Made by a program: the position numbers and the translations under genes. The notes below the pieces were generated by a model. The model made no database searches. It was given only the letters and a program-made list of their open reading frames with translations, and was not told the origin of the DNA. Source: Candidatus Bathyarchaeia archaeon (GTDB lineage Archaea; Thermoproteota; Bathyarchaeia; Bathyarchaeales; Bathycorpusculaceae). From it: a DNA stretch of 64,000 nucleotides. Positions 17,964 to 28,400 of this stretch are shown here, piece by piece (the first letter of the stretch is position 1; every line of letters begins with the position of its first letter). The stretch is from the NCBI GenBank assembly GCA_049512935.1, contig JBEKWR010000002.1:116887-180886 (forward strand), given 5' to 3'.

Positions 17964-19037
17964 ATGGCGACTGGCGAGTCGGTTGTGAGCAGGACGCCGC
18001 GGGAACTTGGCTACTGCATGCCTGCAGAGTGGTCTAAGCATGAGGCGATATGGCTGGCGTGGCCGCACGACCCAACCACTTTCCTTTCAGGGGTTGAGAA
18101 AGTGGAGGAGACTTACGTTCAAATTGTGAAGCTAATCCACCGCGACGAATACGTCAACCTCTTCGTCAAAGACCAAGCCATGAAGCAGAAGGCAACAGGG
18201 CTGTTTGAGAAGAGCGGCGTGGATTTGAAGAAAATACGTTTCTTCATGTTTGACTACGCCGACGTATGGTTCAGAGACTACGGCCCGATCTTTGTCCTAG
18301 GCAAAGATTGCGAGTTAGCGATGGTTCACTGGATTTTCAACTCGTGGGGAGAAAAATACGAAGAACTCCTCAAAGACAAGCAGATTCCTCAGATAATAAA
18401 CGACGAAATGCACTTGAAATGTTTTGAGCCAGGCATCGTTCTTGAAGGAGGCTCCATAGACGTTAACGGGAAAGGAACCCTCCTCACCACGGAGCAGTGC
18501 CTCTTAAACAAGAACAGGAATTCTTACCTGAAGAAAGAGGAAATCGAGAAGTTCCTGAAAGACTATTTGGGTGTCACCTGCATCGTCTGGTTGAAGAACG
18601 GCATCGCTGGAGACGACACCGACGGGCACGTTGACGACCTCGCGCGGTTCGTTAACCCGACAACAGTCGTGTGCGCTTATGATGATGGAGACGAGGAGAA
18701 CAGTGAGGCGTTGAGAAAGAATTACGAGCTGCTTTGCCAATCAACCGACCAAGACGGGAGGAAACTTGGGGTTGTCAAGCTGCCCATGCCTGGAAACGTA
18801 GCCTACGACGGAAAAAGGCTGCCTGCAAGCTACACGAACTTTTACATCGGCAACCGCACAGTTCTTGTTCCAACCTTTGAAAGCAAGAACGACAAAGTCG
18901 CAATATCCATTCTTAAGCGACTTTTCCCGAGACGGAAGGTCGTCGGAGTAAACTGTGTTGACTTGATATGCGGGTTCGGCGCGATCCACTGCATCACGCA
19001 ACAACAGCCTTCAAGCGATCAAGATTGCTCCGATTAA
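17964..19037 (+). CDS. aguA: Agmatine deiminase
   Basis: MPAEW, WFRDYGP, LEGG, DDTDGHVD, GAIHCITQQQP. Confidence 0.92.
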   Translation: MATGESVVSRTPRELGYCMPAEWSKHEAIWLAWPHDPTTFLSGVEKVEETYVQIVKLIHRDEYVNLFVKDQAMKQKATGLFEKSGVDLKKIRFFMFDYADVWFRDYGPIFVLGKDCELAMVHWIFNSWGEKYEELLKDKQIPQIINDEMHLKCFEPGIVLEGGSIDVNGKGTLLTTEQCLLNKNRNSYLKKEEIEKFLKDYLGVTCIVWLKNGIAGDDTDGHVDDLARFVNPTTVVCAYDDGDEENSEALRKNYELLCQSTDQDGRKLGVVKLPMPGNVAYDGKRLPASYTNFYIGNRTVLVPTFESKNDKVAISILKRLFPRRKVVGVNCVDLICGFGAIHCITQQQPSSDQDCSD

Positions 19038-19227
19038 GTTGAAAGCGTTGACCTGAATTGCAAGAGGCGGCCCTGTCGGGGTGGCAGAACTCAATAAAGC
19101 AGTGATGGCTAAGAAAAGCGCTCTTGCGAACCGCCTTTAAGGTTTAAATGAAAAATCAATGTGGGCTAGCTTAAAGCAAGCGGTGCACGAAAAGTTTGGT
19201 TCTAATTTCAACGCGAATGGAGGCAAG

Positions 19228-20223
19228 TCAGGTGGCTGCGGTGTCTCGGGCAAACGTCGATGTGTACGTTCTGGGGAGCGGCCATTTCTCCGTTAGTGGC
19301 CCAGGTACTGTTTCTAGTCTCTTCACACCTGGAATTCTTGTTATGCGATCGCCCGTTTCAAGCATGTCTTGAACGTTTTTGACCATAAGCATCGCGCATA
19401 TGTTAAAGTCTCCATTGCATTTCATGAGGTAGAAAACGTCTGGGGTTGGAAATATCTCGCGAATTATAGTGTCTACCTCGTATTGGGGCAGGATTCTTAG
19501 GTAAAAATTAGCTAAAGCTGAATATCCTATCTTAAACGGGTTAACTTGAATTCTGGACATTATGACGCTTTCTTCATTCAGTTTTTGGCATCTTCTTGCC
19601 ACCGTATCAATTGAAACGCCTAATTGTTCCGCCATAGTTCTGAAGGAGAGTCTGCTGTCCTTTGCCAAAGCGCTTATGAGGTGTAAGTCGATCTCATCGG
19701 CGTCAAATACACGATTGTCAACCGATTTTTTGTTTGCGTCCACTGGTTGAATAGGAAGAAGAGTCAAGTTTTCTGGAATAAACCACACGTCAGTCCAAAT
19801 TGAGGAGCTTATTTCTTCTATGCATAACTTCCTTCTTAAATCGTCTTTTATTTTACCTAACTCGCTTATGGTTTTAAGAGCAACCACTGCCCTCAAGCTG
19901 TAGCGGGAGGCGCTTAAGAAAGGCCCGAAAACTTCGGGTACGTTGGCTTCGATGTATTTGCTATCTTGTTCTAGTTGGGACGGCTCAACATCCAGCAGAA
20001 GCGTCCCAACGGCGTCATATCCTAATCTCTTGAAATTTATCTGAACTGTGGCACCGGTGATCACGCCTTCATACTTCATTTTCCTGTAGCGGCTCCAAAC
20101 TGCATTTTTGGAGATGCCTAATTCTTTTCCGATTTCCGCAAAATTTCTCCGGGCATTCTCGAACAAAAGACCAATTATCTTTGTGTCAATTTCGTCTCTG
20201 GCCCAAGATTGTGTTTCCGCCAT
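19228..20223 (-). CDS. Tandem Lrp/AsnC-family regulator
   Basis: Two DEID...AR/SR...IA..LG.S HTH plus RAM repeats. Confidence 0.88.
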   Translation of the reverse strand: MAETQSWARDEIDTKIIGLLFENARRNFAEIGKELGISKNAVWSRYRKMKYEGVITGATVQINFKRLGYDAVGTLLLDVEPSQLEQDSKYIEANVPEVFGPFLSASRYSLRAVVALKTISELGKIKDDLRRKLCIEEISSSIWTDVWFIPENLTLLPIQPVDANKKSVDNRVFDADEIDLHLISALAKDSRLSFRTMAEQLGVSIDTVARRCQKLNEESVIMSRIQVNPFKIGYSALANFYLRILPQYEVDTIIREIFPTPDVFYLMKCNGDFNICAMLMVKNVQDMLETGDRITRIPGVKRLETVPGPLTEKWPLPRTYTSTFARDTAAT

Positions 20224-20880
20224 TACACCCCTCTTAGAATAAAATATTGGAACCTTCGATTTGCTTTTAAGTTTTGCTCAAAATTCTATGCAGAATCAGA
20301 AATGCGGTATTGTCACAAATCAACCGACTTTAGCATTAATTTTTTACGATATTATTGGGCACATACATAAGTTATTTAAGGCAAGACAAAATAAAAAAAA
20401 GGAGCGGACAAAAAGAAGCGTTAAGCTTCTTCAACCCTAAGAATGAAATCAGGAGTTAGTCCTTTAAAATCCGGTGAGAAAACGTGGGGGGCTGAGAAGG
20501 CTTTGGCGATTGAGTGCCAAATGTTCACTCATCGAAGGCGTATGCTATTCTCCTTAAGCTTTCAGAGCCTCAGCAAACCCTTACTTCCACCAAAAGACGA
20601 ACGCCATGATCTGTTTTCAGAAGCCTCGATGAAGCTGCTTCAATGGGAAATAATGACCTGAAAAGTCTGAATCAAGATTTAAGGTACGTCGCCCGAAACA
20701 ATCTGGTTGTCCGAGTCAAACGCAAGTGACAGCCCACGAATTGCGGACTACGTTTTGTCAGAATTCAAAAATCGCCCCGTAGATTTCGACTCTTAATTAA
20801 TGGAAATCAAGTGTTTAGCGGTAGACAATAGTAAAAAAAATGGAAATGGGGCTTGCTAATTTTGATATGCTTTGGGTAGT

Positions 20881-21891
20881 CTAAAGCTTTGAGAGCTTTG
20901 TTTGTGGCTTGCGTTTGTAGTAGATTATGAATCCTGCTGCACATGCTGCTAAGGCGGCGATCGCTCCATAGGCTGATTCTGGAAGCACATATATTGATCC
21001 TGCGACGCTGACACTGTATGACTTGGCTAAGTCTAGAGTTGGACTTGTTCCGATTATGTCTTGGGTACCTGACTGGCCTGATTGGCCAGTGAGGTCTAAG
21101 AACTCTGGCCACACGGTTTGGGTGCTGGCTGTGACGGTGATTATTGAGTGGCTCGGTGCATTCGAAGGGACTGTAACGCTGAATGCAGTTTGTCCATTAA
21201 CGTCTGTATAGGCTTTCGTCGGGCTAACATATGTTGAGTCTAATGGCGTAGACGAGCCTTGAAGCGTCGCGCTAAAATCGATTTGGACGTTTTGCCGTGC
21301 TGGAGTGAGTTGCACTTGGAAAGTTACTTTTTCACCTGGAGTTGCCGGTATAGGGGATGCTGGGCTTGTGCTGGGCGATAATGTCAATGTGCTGCTTTCC
21401 GGGTACGCTACATTCATGCCAGCGACTTCGGTTGCCAATGAGGTTCCTGCAGAAATAATTGAGGGACCCAAGTCAAAATCAGAATATTCCGGATCGGCTA
21501 GTGTGCCTGCGGTGGGGTATTGTCCGTAGAGTTCCCAGATTGCAACTTGATCAACTTCTGCGCTAGTGCCGTCTGTCGGAGCATACCAACTCAGAATGTA
21601 GCTGATTGCGTCAAATGCCGAATTGGCTGGCGCTGCGGATTCGTCTGCTGTGTAGGTTCCGCCAATGTCGATTGTGCCGCCAGGCGTTAAACAGTATGCT
21701 TCTCCTGAGTATTGTGTGCCATGGCTATTTGTTATTGTGATTGGAAATGCTCCAATATAATAGCTACCTACTTGGACGGCCAAATTTGGAGATCCTATGT
21801 ATACGGAAACTGTTTGGGCATAAACGGTTGCACTTATCGCTGCAAGCATTAGGACTATTACTAATATTGCCAATATTGCACTTTTCTTCAC
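20881..21891 (-). CDS. Surface protein with putative thioester domain and PEF-CTERM-like anchor
   Basis: Signal peptide; AYCL; DQVAIW; TQDII; VLPES + TM + KRK. Confidence 0.65.
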   Translation of the reverse strand: MKKSAILAILVIVLMLAAISATVYAQTVSVYIGSPNLAVQVGSYYIGAFPITITNSHGTQYSGEAYCLTPGGTIDIGGTYTADESAAPANSAFDAISYILSWYAPTDGTSAEVDQVAIWELYGQYPTAGTLADPEYSDFDLGPSIISAGTSLATEVAGMNVAYPESSTLTLSPSTSPASPIPATPGEKVTFQVQLTPARQNVQIDFSATLQGSSTPLDSTYVSPTKAYTDVNGQTAFSVTVPSNAPSHSIITVTASTQTVWPEFLDLTGQSGQSGTQDIIGTSPTLDLAKSYSVSVAGSIYVLPESAYGAIAALAACAAGFIIYYKRKPQTKLSKL

Positions 21892-22100
21892 AGTATAATT
21901 CTCCCTCTCTTATGTTTTCTAAATGAGTTGTATACTTTTGTCTGCTCACCTGATTTAAACCAGTATATAAAAGAATGCCTTGCTTTCTAGAAAACTATGT
22001 TGCGGTTGCCATAAGCTAAGATGCTCCCGCATGCGATTTCCAAATGTTGTAGGGGCACTGATTGAGAAAGCGTCCAAGAAAGTTCAGCTATGCGGGGAAG

Positions 22101-22175
22101 CGGGTCCGGTGGGATTTGAACCCACGACTTTCAGCTTAGAAGGCTGACGCGCTATCCGTACTGCGCCACGGACCC
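22101..22175 (-). tRNA. tRNA-Arg(TCT)
   Basis: GGGTCCGTGGCGCAGTACGGATAGCGCGTCAGC-CTTCTAA-GCTGAAAGTCGTGGGTTCAAATCCCACCGGACCCG. Confidence 0.95.
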
Positions 22176-22314
22176 ACTTTGCAACAATGAAACCCCTGTT
22201 CCCATTTTAAGCTTTTTCTTCAAGACCGAAAAGAAAATCTGAGCCTTGAAAGATTTCGATGCGGCTTGAAGGGGGAGCGAGCTTTTAATATTTAGACCCT
22301 GTTTAGCCTTTCTT

Positions 22315-23262
22315 ATGCGAATAAAAAAGACTGTTATCGGAAGCTTTCCCAGATCAAGCAGACCCTTAGCTGTGGCTCTTAAAGAAGTAGTTGACTTGCA
22401 GCTGCATTATGGCGTTGATTTGATTACCGACGGCGAGCAGCGAAGCAACATGATTCAGTACTTTAACCAGATTCCGGGAACCGAAGTAGCGGGCAGCAGC
22501 TTGAGAATCGCTGGAAAAATCAAGCCCTTAAAAGCCGAGTTGTTAGACGAGTTTTACAAAATCAAGGATTACCGAACTATTCAATCAATCCTCAAAAGCA
22601 GGGGGAAAGAGAACACAAAAACGAAAATCACAATTACGGGTCCCATAACCCTTGGCACCATCGTTGCCTCAACAGACATCAACAGCACAGCGGAGCATTA
22701 CAACTTGGACGATGAGGAAACGCTGTTCTCCGACTTCTCCGACGCGCTCCTGCCCATAGTTGAAAAAGCGTTGAGCCTGGGGGCTTACGTGCAGATCGAC
22801 GAGCCCCAACTTTCCACCGGGCAGGTAACCCTTAAGACCGCCAAGAAAATTCTCAAAAATTTTACGTCACGTCTCCCAGCAAACGCCATTAAAGAGGAAA
22901 AAGTCAGCTGCCACGTATGCGGGTCAATAAAAAGCGTGGCTGGACTCTACGATGTGCTGCTGGGTTTGGATATTCCAATTTTAAGCTTTGGCTTCAGCGG
23001 AGACACTGAAAGGGAGAATTTCGACGTTGTTTCCAAGGCTTCGTTGCAGTCGCACGGCAAGAAGCTTGGGGCAGGCTTCATCTCAAACGTAACTGTCGAG
23101 GAAGACCGCGCCGTTTTGGAGAGGCTTAACAGGATCGTGGGGCTTGTGGGAGTAGAAAACATCAGGTACCTTCACCCTGACTGCGGCTTCGGCTTGACGC
23201 GGCTTGAAAAAGTCAAGTTGATCCTGAAGAAAATGCAGAAGATAGGCGACGCCGTCAACTGA
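22315..23262 (+). CDS. Core (C-terminal-only) MetE-like methionine synthase
   Basis: VIGSFPR, TDGEQR, TGPITL, QIDEP, HVCG, PDCGF. Confidence 0.8.
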   Translation: MRIKKTVIGSFPRSSRPLAVALKEVVDLQLHYGVDLITDGEQRSNMIQYFNQIPGTEVAGSSLRIAGKIKPLKAELLDEFYKIKDYRTIQSILKSRGKENTKTKITITGPITLGTIVASTDINSTAEHYNLDDEETLFSDFSDALLPIVEKALSLGAYVQIDEPQLSTGQVTLKTAKKILKNFTSRLPANAIKEEKVSCHVCGSIKSVAGLYDVLLGLDIPILSFGFSGDTERENFDVVSKASLQSHGKKLGAGFISNVTVEEDRAVLERLNRIVGLVGVENIRYLHPDCGFGLTRLEKVKLILKKMQKIGDAVN

Positions 23263-23454
23263 AAGCCGATGACCTCGCCCTCAGCGCCAAATATCAGGGG
23301 GAAGCGTACAAGAGACAAGTTTTTGCTTCGGTTAGGAGTTTTTTGGCTAAAAAAGTTAAACGGGGGAAAACAGGTATCAATGGGTTTATACCTGAAAAAT
23401 TAGCCGAATTCATGTTTTCTGCACGGAAAAGCAAAACTTTCAGCGCCTGATTTG

Positions 23455-23550
23455 AGCCCTAAACCAAAAAAGCAACCAAAAACAAGCCCCTGAACAAAAC
23501 CGCCTACCGAGGGAGGGGGTCTACTATTTACATCAAAATTCCATTGTAAA
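23455..23550 (+). repeat. Dispersed intergenic repeat with G-box and hairpin
   Basis: AGCCCTAAACCAAAAAAGCA...GGGAGGGGGTCTACTA + hairpin; related copies at about 14600 and 62744-62910. Confidence 0.7.
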
Positions 23551-23583
23551 AATGGAGCCTCAGCGCCTCGCACCCGCCTGGGC

Positions 23584-24585
23584 TCAAGCCTTTTCGTAGC
23601 CCACCCGAAGCTTTTCCACCTCAGCCTTATCGGGAACAGCCACGGTTAAAGATTTGCCCAGCGCTTCTCTGCCATAGCACACTTTGACTTCGCCTGTTTC
23701 CGCGTCAGAGTAGAAAGCAGTTAACTTTGCGGCTAACTCGACGGCGGCCTTGGTTTTCGATCCCTGCAGAAGGGTTACTGGACCCACAATGTCAGGCGAC
23801 TCAAAATAGTAGTCGCTGGGCGATTTTTGTTCGGTTAAGAACTTGTTTTCTGCCTCGTTTCTTCCCACGATTATCTTGTTTGCGCCCACTCTGAAGTGCC
23901 TGCCAACCCTGAGCAGGGCGATGTCAACCATTGAGACGCGTTTCTTGTGGATGAACAGGTCTCTTAGCTTCTTCGCGTACTCCTCGCACGTCAAGAGGCA
24001 GCCCCCTGCTGGCGACGGGTAACACGTGATCCCAAACTCCTTCGCAACCTGGAACTGAGGCTTCCGCGACCTGCCCGAAATGCTCAGAAGCCGTGCCCTG
24101 TCAACCAAACCCGCCTTTTCAGCAGCCGTTTCAGGCAGCAACTTTGCGGACAGCGGCCTCAAAAGTTTACCCTTCAACCCAGACTCCACCTCGATGATGC
24201 GCAACGCAGGAGCATGCTGCGACTTAGGCCTTTCGCCCAAAACCTCACCTGTGAAAATGAAGTCAGCTCCGATTTCCCGTGCGTACTTTTTGGCTTTCTT
24301 AATCATGAATATTTTGCAGTCAATGCAGGGGTTCATGTTTTTGCCGTAGCCGAACTTTGGGTTGCGAAGCATCTGCAAGTAATCCCCTTCGACGCACAAC
24401 ACCTTAAGAGGAACCTTCAACTGCCCCGCGGCTTTAACCGCCTCGCTTACTCCGTCTTTGGTCGCAGTGCCGAAAGGAGTCTTAACGTTGAAAGCAACCA
24501 CTTCGATACCTTGCCGCCGAATAAGCTCCATGGCAAGGATGCTGTCTAACCCGCCTGAAAGCAAACCTAAAGCCTTAACACGCAC
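23584..24585 (-). CDS. tRNA thiouridylase (ThiI/MnmA-like PP-loop) with DUF814-like C-domain
   Basis: LSGGLDS, CIDCK, GGCLLT, GRHFR...VGRNEAEN. Confidence 0.8.
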   Translation of the reverse strand: MRVKALGLLSGGLDSILAMELIRRQGIEVVAFNVKTPFGTATKDGVSEAVKAAGQLKVPLKVLCVEGDYLQMLRNPKFGYGKNMNPCIDCKIFMIKKAKKYAREIGADFIFTGEVLGERPKSQHAPALRIIEVESGLKGKLLRPLSAKLLPETAAEKAGLVDRARLLSISGRSRKPQFQVAKEFGITCYPSPAGGCLLTCEEYAKKLRDLFIHKKRVSMVDIALLRVGRHFRVGANKIIVGRNEAENKFLTEQKSPSDYYFESPDIVGPVTLLQGSKTKAAVELAAKLTAFYSDAETGEVKVCYGREALGKSLTVAVPDKAEVEKLRVGYEKA

Positions 24586-24857
24586 AATACATCGCCAATA
24601 GCATTCTTCGGCACAGATAATAATTTAGCGATGCCAAAGCCAAGAAAACGCCAGAAAAAAGCAAACAAACACGAAAAACATGGTTTCAAGCGCTCCTCAA
24701 ACAAACGGCTTACAGTTCACTATGTTAATGGCTTTTAGCGTCTGCATGTATGCTTTGTTAAGGGAACTTCGCTTGCTCGCGCCTAACTTCAGAAAATTTT
24801 AAAAACCTATATGAGGATAAACCAATTGAACCCACGCTTGCCTGTTAGTGATCTGCT

Positions 24858-25967
24858 GTGGATATCAGCGTGTTTATTCCAGTTTACAAAGAATCGAATC
24901 AGTTAGCGGGCATGCTAAACGAGCTGAGTTCGCAGAACGTAACTAAAGAAATCTTCGTAACCGTGGACGAGCCCACTGAAGAGTTTTCTGGAGAGATAAA
25001 ACAGCTAAAGAAAGAAAACGTCAAAATCATTGTTAACGCGGAACGAAAGGGAAAAGCAAACGTGTTAAACGACGCCGTCAAATTGTCTTCGGGACAAGTG
25101 CTTCTTTTCTTAGACTCCGACGTCCAAATCACCTCCGACCCCGACTTCCTGAGAAAAATCATCATGGAAATGCAAATGACAGATGTGCTTGACATCAAAA
25201 AGAGGGTTAAAAAAGAGAAATCATTCCTTTCAAAAATGGCTTATTACGAGTACTTCACTTACAACGTTAGCGCCTGGCTGTCTTCAACTTACATGAAGCA
25301 ATGCCCCGCCATAAACGGCGCCGCCTTCGCCATCAAACGGGAAACCTTCGAGAAAGTCGGCGGCTTCCACAAGGTCGTCGCTGAAGACATCGATCTCGCC
25401 ACAAGAACTTTCCTGCAAGACAGCCGCTGCGCCTACACAGCCGACGTTGAAGTGAAAAACGTAGTTTACAGTGAATGGAGCAAATGGTTCAAGCAGCGAC
25501 AAAGATGGGCAATAGGCCAAGCGCTGTGGACAGTTGCGTGGTACCGTGAGCTTGCGAAAAAATTCGCCAAGAAACCGCAGGTTTTTCTGCCCGGACTCTT
25601 TTTCCTCTACCCTTCCATCGCAATTTTCGTTGCAAGCGCGATGGTGCCGAGTTATTGGATGTACAGTTCACTGTTATTTTTTTCATTCTTCCTGTCGGTA
25701 AAATTCAACATTATGCTCCCCGTTTTTCTTGTTTCCCTTTCCACTGCAAACTTGCTAAAAATCGGGGTCATTTCGCTCGCAGGGTTCACGTTAACCGGGC
25801 TCACTTTTTACGGTTTATCAAGAAAACTCGGATTCAAAGAAATGAAACTGCACGAATTCTTCGTCTACTACTTCTTCTACTCAACCGTTTGGATCGTGCT
25901 GCAAGTTGTTGGCTTCGTCCAAGTGATTGCTTTACGCAAAAAAGCTGGACCAGGCTGGAAAACATAG
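24858..25967 (+). CDS. GT2 glycosyltransferase
   Basis: LDSD, AED, QRQRW, C-terminal TMs. Confidence 0.88.
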   Translation: MDISVFIPVYKESNQLAGMLNELSSQNVTKEIFVTVDEPTEEFSGEIKQLKKENVKIIVNAERKGKANVLNDAVKLSSGQVLLFLDSDVQITSDPDFLRKIIMEMQMTDVLDIKKRVKKEKSFLSKMAYYEYFTYNVSAWLSSTYMKQCPAINGAAFAIKRETFEKVGGFHKVVAEDIDLATRTFLQDSRCAYTADVEVKNVVYSEWSKWFKQRQRWAIGQALWTVAWYRELAKKFAKKPQVFLPGLFFLYPSIAIFVASAMVPSYWMYSSLLFFSFFLSVKFNIMLPVFLVSLSTANLLKIGVISLAGFTLTGLTFYGLSRKLGFKEMKLHEFFVYYFFYSTVWIVLQVVGFVQVIALRKKAGPGWKT

Positions 25968-25983
25968 CAACTTAGTTGACTCC

Positions 25984-26733
25984 TCAGACAACGGTTTTTT
26001 TCAGGACGAAAAATGAAGCTGAGAAGAAAATCAGTCCAAAACCTATAAGCGCTAAAAAAGACAACCATGGAAAAAGCTGTCCCAAAGCAGCCGCCCGTAA
26101 ACATTCGCTTGAATGTGTAAGCGGCAAGCAATAAAGCGCAATCTTTACTGCTTCAGGGACTTGTGTCAGAGAGAAGAAAGTGCCGCATAGAAAAGTCATC
26201 GGCAAGATGACCAAAGTGTTGAAGGTGCTCATGTGTACATGATTATTGAATAATGAAGCGACGAGGACACCGAACAAGGCAAACACAAAACAGGACAAAA
26301 ACAGGGTTAACGCAAAAACGGGACTAACAATTAACGTCGGCAACAGGATAAGCCCAACGACCAGTATAGCGACGGAGCTAATTAAGCCCCGAACTACACC
26401 TATCAATGACTTGCCTATAACCAAGGAATACAGGCTCACCGGCGAAATCAAGAACTCATCAAAGCTCTTGTAAAAAAGCCGATCCACTTGAAGTTTTTGT
26501 GCAGAACCATTAAAACTGGAAGAAAAAGCTGTTAGAGCAACGATTCCTGGAATTACGAACGCAAGATAGCTCACCCCGCCAAAACTAATCCCTCTGCCTA
26601 GTCCATAGCCAAAAGCTACCAGATACAAAAGAGGCTGAATGAGGCTGGTGGCAAGAGTTGAGCGCCAGTGGCGACTTAGGTTCCGTAAATCTACCCACAG
26701 AATGGAATAAATGTCTTTTAAAGAATCTAACAT
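25984..26733 (-). CDS. ABC-2 type permease
   Basis: 6 TM; SYLAFVIPG, FLCGTFF, LPLTH. Confidence 0.88.
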   Translation of the reverse strand: MLDSLKDIYSILWVDLRNLSRHWRSTLATSLIQPLLYLVAFGYGLGRGISFGGVSYLAFVIPGIVALTAFSSSFNGSAQKLQVDRLFYKSFDEFLISPVSLYSLVIGKSLIGVVRGLISSVAILVVGLILLPTLIVSPVFALTLFLSCFVFALFGVLVASLFNNHVHMSTFNTLVILPMTFLCGTFFSLTQVPEAVKIALYCLPLTHSSECLRAAALGQLFPWLSFLALIGFGLIFFSASFFVLKKTVV

Positions 26734-26739
26734 TCAGGG

Positions 26740-27603
26740 TCACACAGCCCTCTCGCCAGTCTGCTCCACAAAAACATCCTCCAAGTTTGAATCACGGATA
26801 ACTATGGATTTGATGTTAGGCGGCAATTTCTCAACATAACATGTAGCTGCGGCTCTATCGGCAAAAAACTGGTAAAGCGTCTCTTTATTGTCTACAAGCG
26901 TCTCAACAACTATTGGCCCCAACTTGTTTCGCAATTCTTGAGGCGTTCCAACAGCAATCAACTTGCCGTGATGCATTATACCGACGCGCCCACATAAAGC
27001 CTCAGCCTCTTCAATGTAATGGGTCGTAAGAAATATCGTGGTACCGTCGGAGTTTAGACGACGAACCAAACTCCAGAGTTTACGCCGAGATTGGGCATCT
27101 AGACCCACGGTTGGTTCATCTAAAAACAGGACTTTAGGTTCATGTAAAAGACTGCAGATTATTGCCGCTCTCTTTTTCATTCCACCTGAAAGCGTATCCA
27201 CCATTTTATCGGCGTACTCTTTGAGTTCAACGTAATCAAGCAGTTCCGCTATGCGGAGCTTGCGATCTGAAGAACTCAAGCGGTGGAGCCGCGCATGAAA
27301 CTCCATGTTTTCGCGCACAGTCAAGTCTCTATCTAAAGTCAGATGCTGCTGCACTACACCAATGATCCGCTTAACTTTGTCGGCGTCTTCTGTGACGTCG
27401 AAACCTCCAACCGATGCGGAACCAGAAGTTGGATGAGTCAATGTGGTCAAGACACGGATGGTTGTGGTTTTGCCTGCTCCGTTAGGTCCTAAAAAACCGA
27501 AAATTTCTCCGCTGTGTACTCTTAAATCGAGGTCATGTACGGCTTGCACGGTACCGTAGTTTTTGTTTAGCTTTTCAGTTACTATCGATTCTTCCATCAA
27601 CAA
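26740..27603 (-). CDS. ABC transporter ATPase (DrrA-like)
   Basis: GPNGAGKTT, LSGGM, LDEPT. Confidence 0.92.
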   Translation of the reverse strand: MLMEESIVTEKLNKNYGTVQAVHDLDLRVHSGEIFGFLGPNGAGKTTTIRVLTTLTHPTSGSASVGGFDVTEDADKVKRIIGVVQQHLTLDRDLTVRENMEFHARLHRLSSSDRKLRIAELLDYVELKEYADKMVDTLSGGMKKRAAIICSLLHEPKVLFLDEPTVGLDAQSRRKLWSLVRRLNSDGTTIFLTTHYIEEAEALCGRVGIMHHGKLIAVGTPQELRNKLGPIVVETLVDNKETLYQFFADRAAATCYVEKLPPNIKSIVIRDSNLEDVFVEQTGERAV

Positions 27604-27614
27604 GAAGTTGCCTT

Positions 27615-28400
27615 CTACTTGTCATGTTTCTCTAAAGCCAAAGTAACCGCACTCTTGGTTGCAAAAGCAATCAACTCGCTCATCTTAGTATGACCGCTAG
27701 TTACATGCAACGGCTTACCCATCTTTCCGGAAACGATAACCATATTATCAGTACCTGTGCCAGTTGCCTGATATCGGGGTGCATAGGTGCTTCTAACATC
27801 CAAATCCTGAAACGCGGCGGTCTTTGCCTCCGTGGCTGTTATTATGGCTCTTGCCATCGCCGCTTCGCTCAAGGTAGCATTGGTTAAAAGGATCAAGTTA
27901 ACAGTGCCAATGGAGCCCACGTGTCCATCCCTCTCCACGTATCTTGTCACATCAACGCCCGCCCGCATCGCATTCTCCTTCGCCCCAGCAGTAGCCAAAC
28001 AGCAAACTTTAAACTCTTCATAGGATTGCTCACAAACAGCCAAGTCATCCATGTCGACTGCAGTGATCAAGAAACTTATTTCCTTCGGGTCTATTCCTAA
28101 GGCCAAAGGCAAATTTCTTTTAAATTCATCAAGGTTTTTCATCATGTAATCTTCCAGTGTGGGAGGCGTGTAGGTGTTGGCAACATAGGGCACCTCATTG
28201 TAACCGTCCAACGTTGAAAGGACACGGCATTTCTCATCAAAGGAGACAAGCAAAGTGTTGACTTTCGACTCTCTGAAGAGGTAGTAAATTATCTTAGCAT
28301 GCATTTTATCCAACGATGTTTTTATTTTTCTTTCGCTTAGTTTTTCGCTGATTTCTTTCATCCCATCCTCTCTCTGCTGATAGCTTGCTTTTTCTTCCAT
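27615..28400 (-). CDS. cbiZ: Adenosylcobinamide amidohydrolase
   Basis: GTVN, ATEAKTAA, ATGTGTD. Confidence 0.85.
   Translation of the reverse strand: MEEKASYQQREDGMKEISEKLSERKIKTSLDKMHAKIIYYLFRESKVNTLLVSFDEKCRVLSTLDGYNEVPYVANTYTPPTLEDYMMKNLDEFKRNLPLALGIDPKEISFLITAVDMDDLAVCEQSYEEFKVCCLATAGAKENAMRAGVDVTRYVERDGHVGSIGTVNLILLTNATLSEAAMARAIITATEAKTAAFQDLDVRSTYAPRYQATGTGTDNMVIVSGKMGKPLHVTSGHTKMSELIAFATKSAVTLALEKHDK

Noticed and set aside
19058-19130. Structured RNA after aguA (GCAAGAG...CTCTTGC)
   Set aside because: Only a short stem; no recognisable RNA family.
20443-20661. 72-aa ORF divergent from the Lrp gene
   Set aside because: No motif or clear coding signal.
14395-22175. Island bounded by two tRNA-Arg att sites
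   Set aside because: The two tRNA-Arg 3' ends differ substantially and there is no integrase between them.
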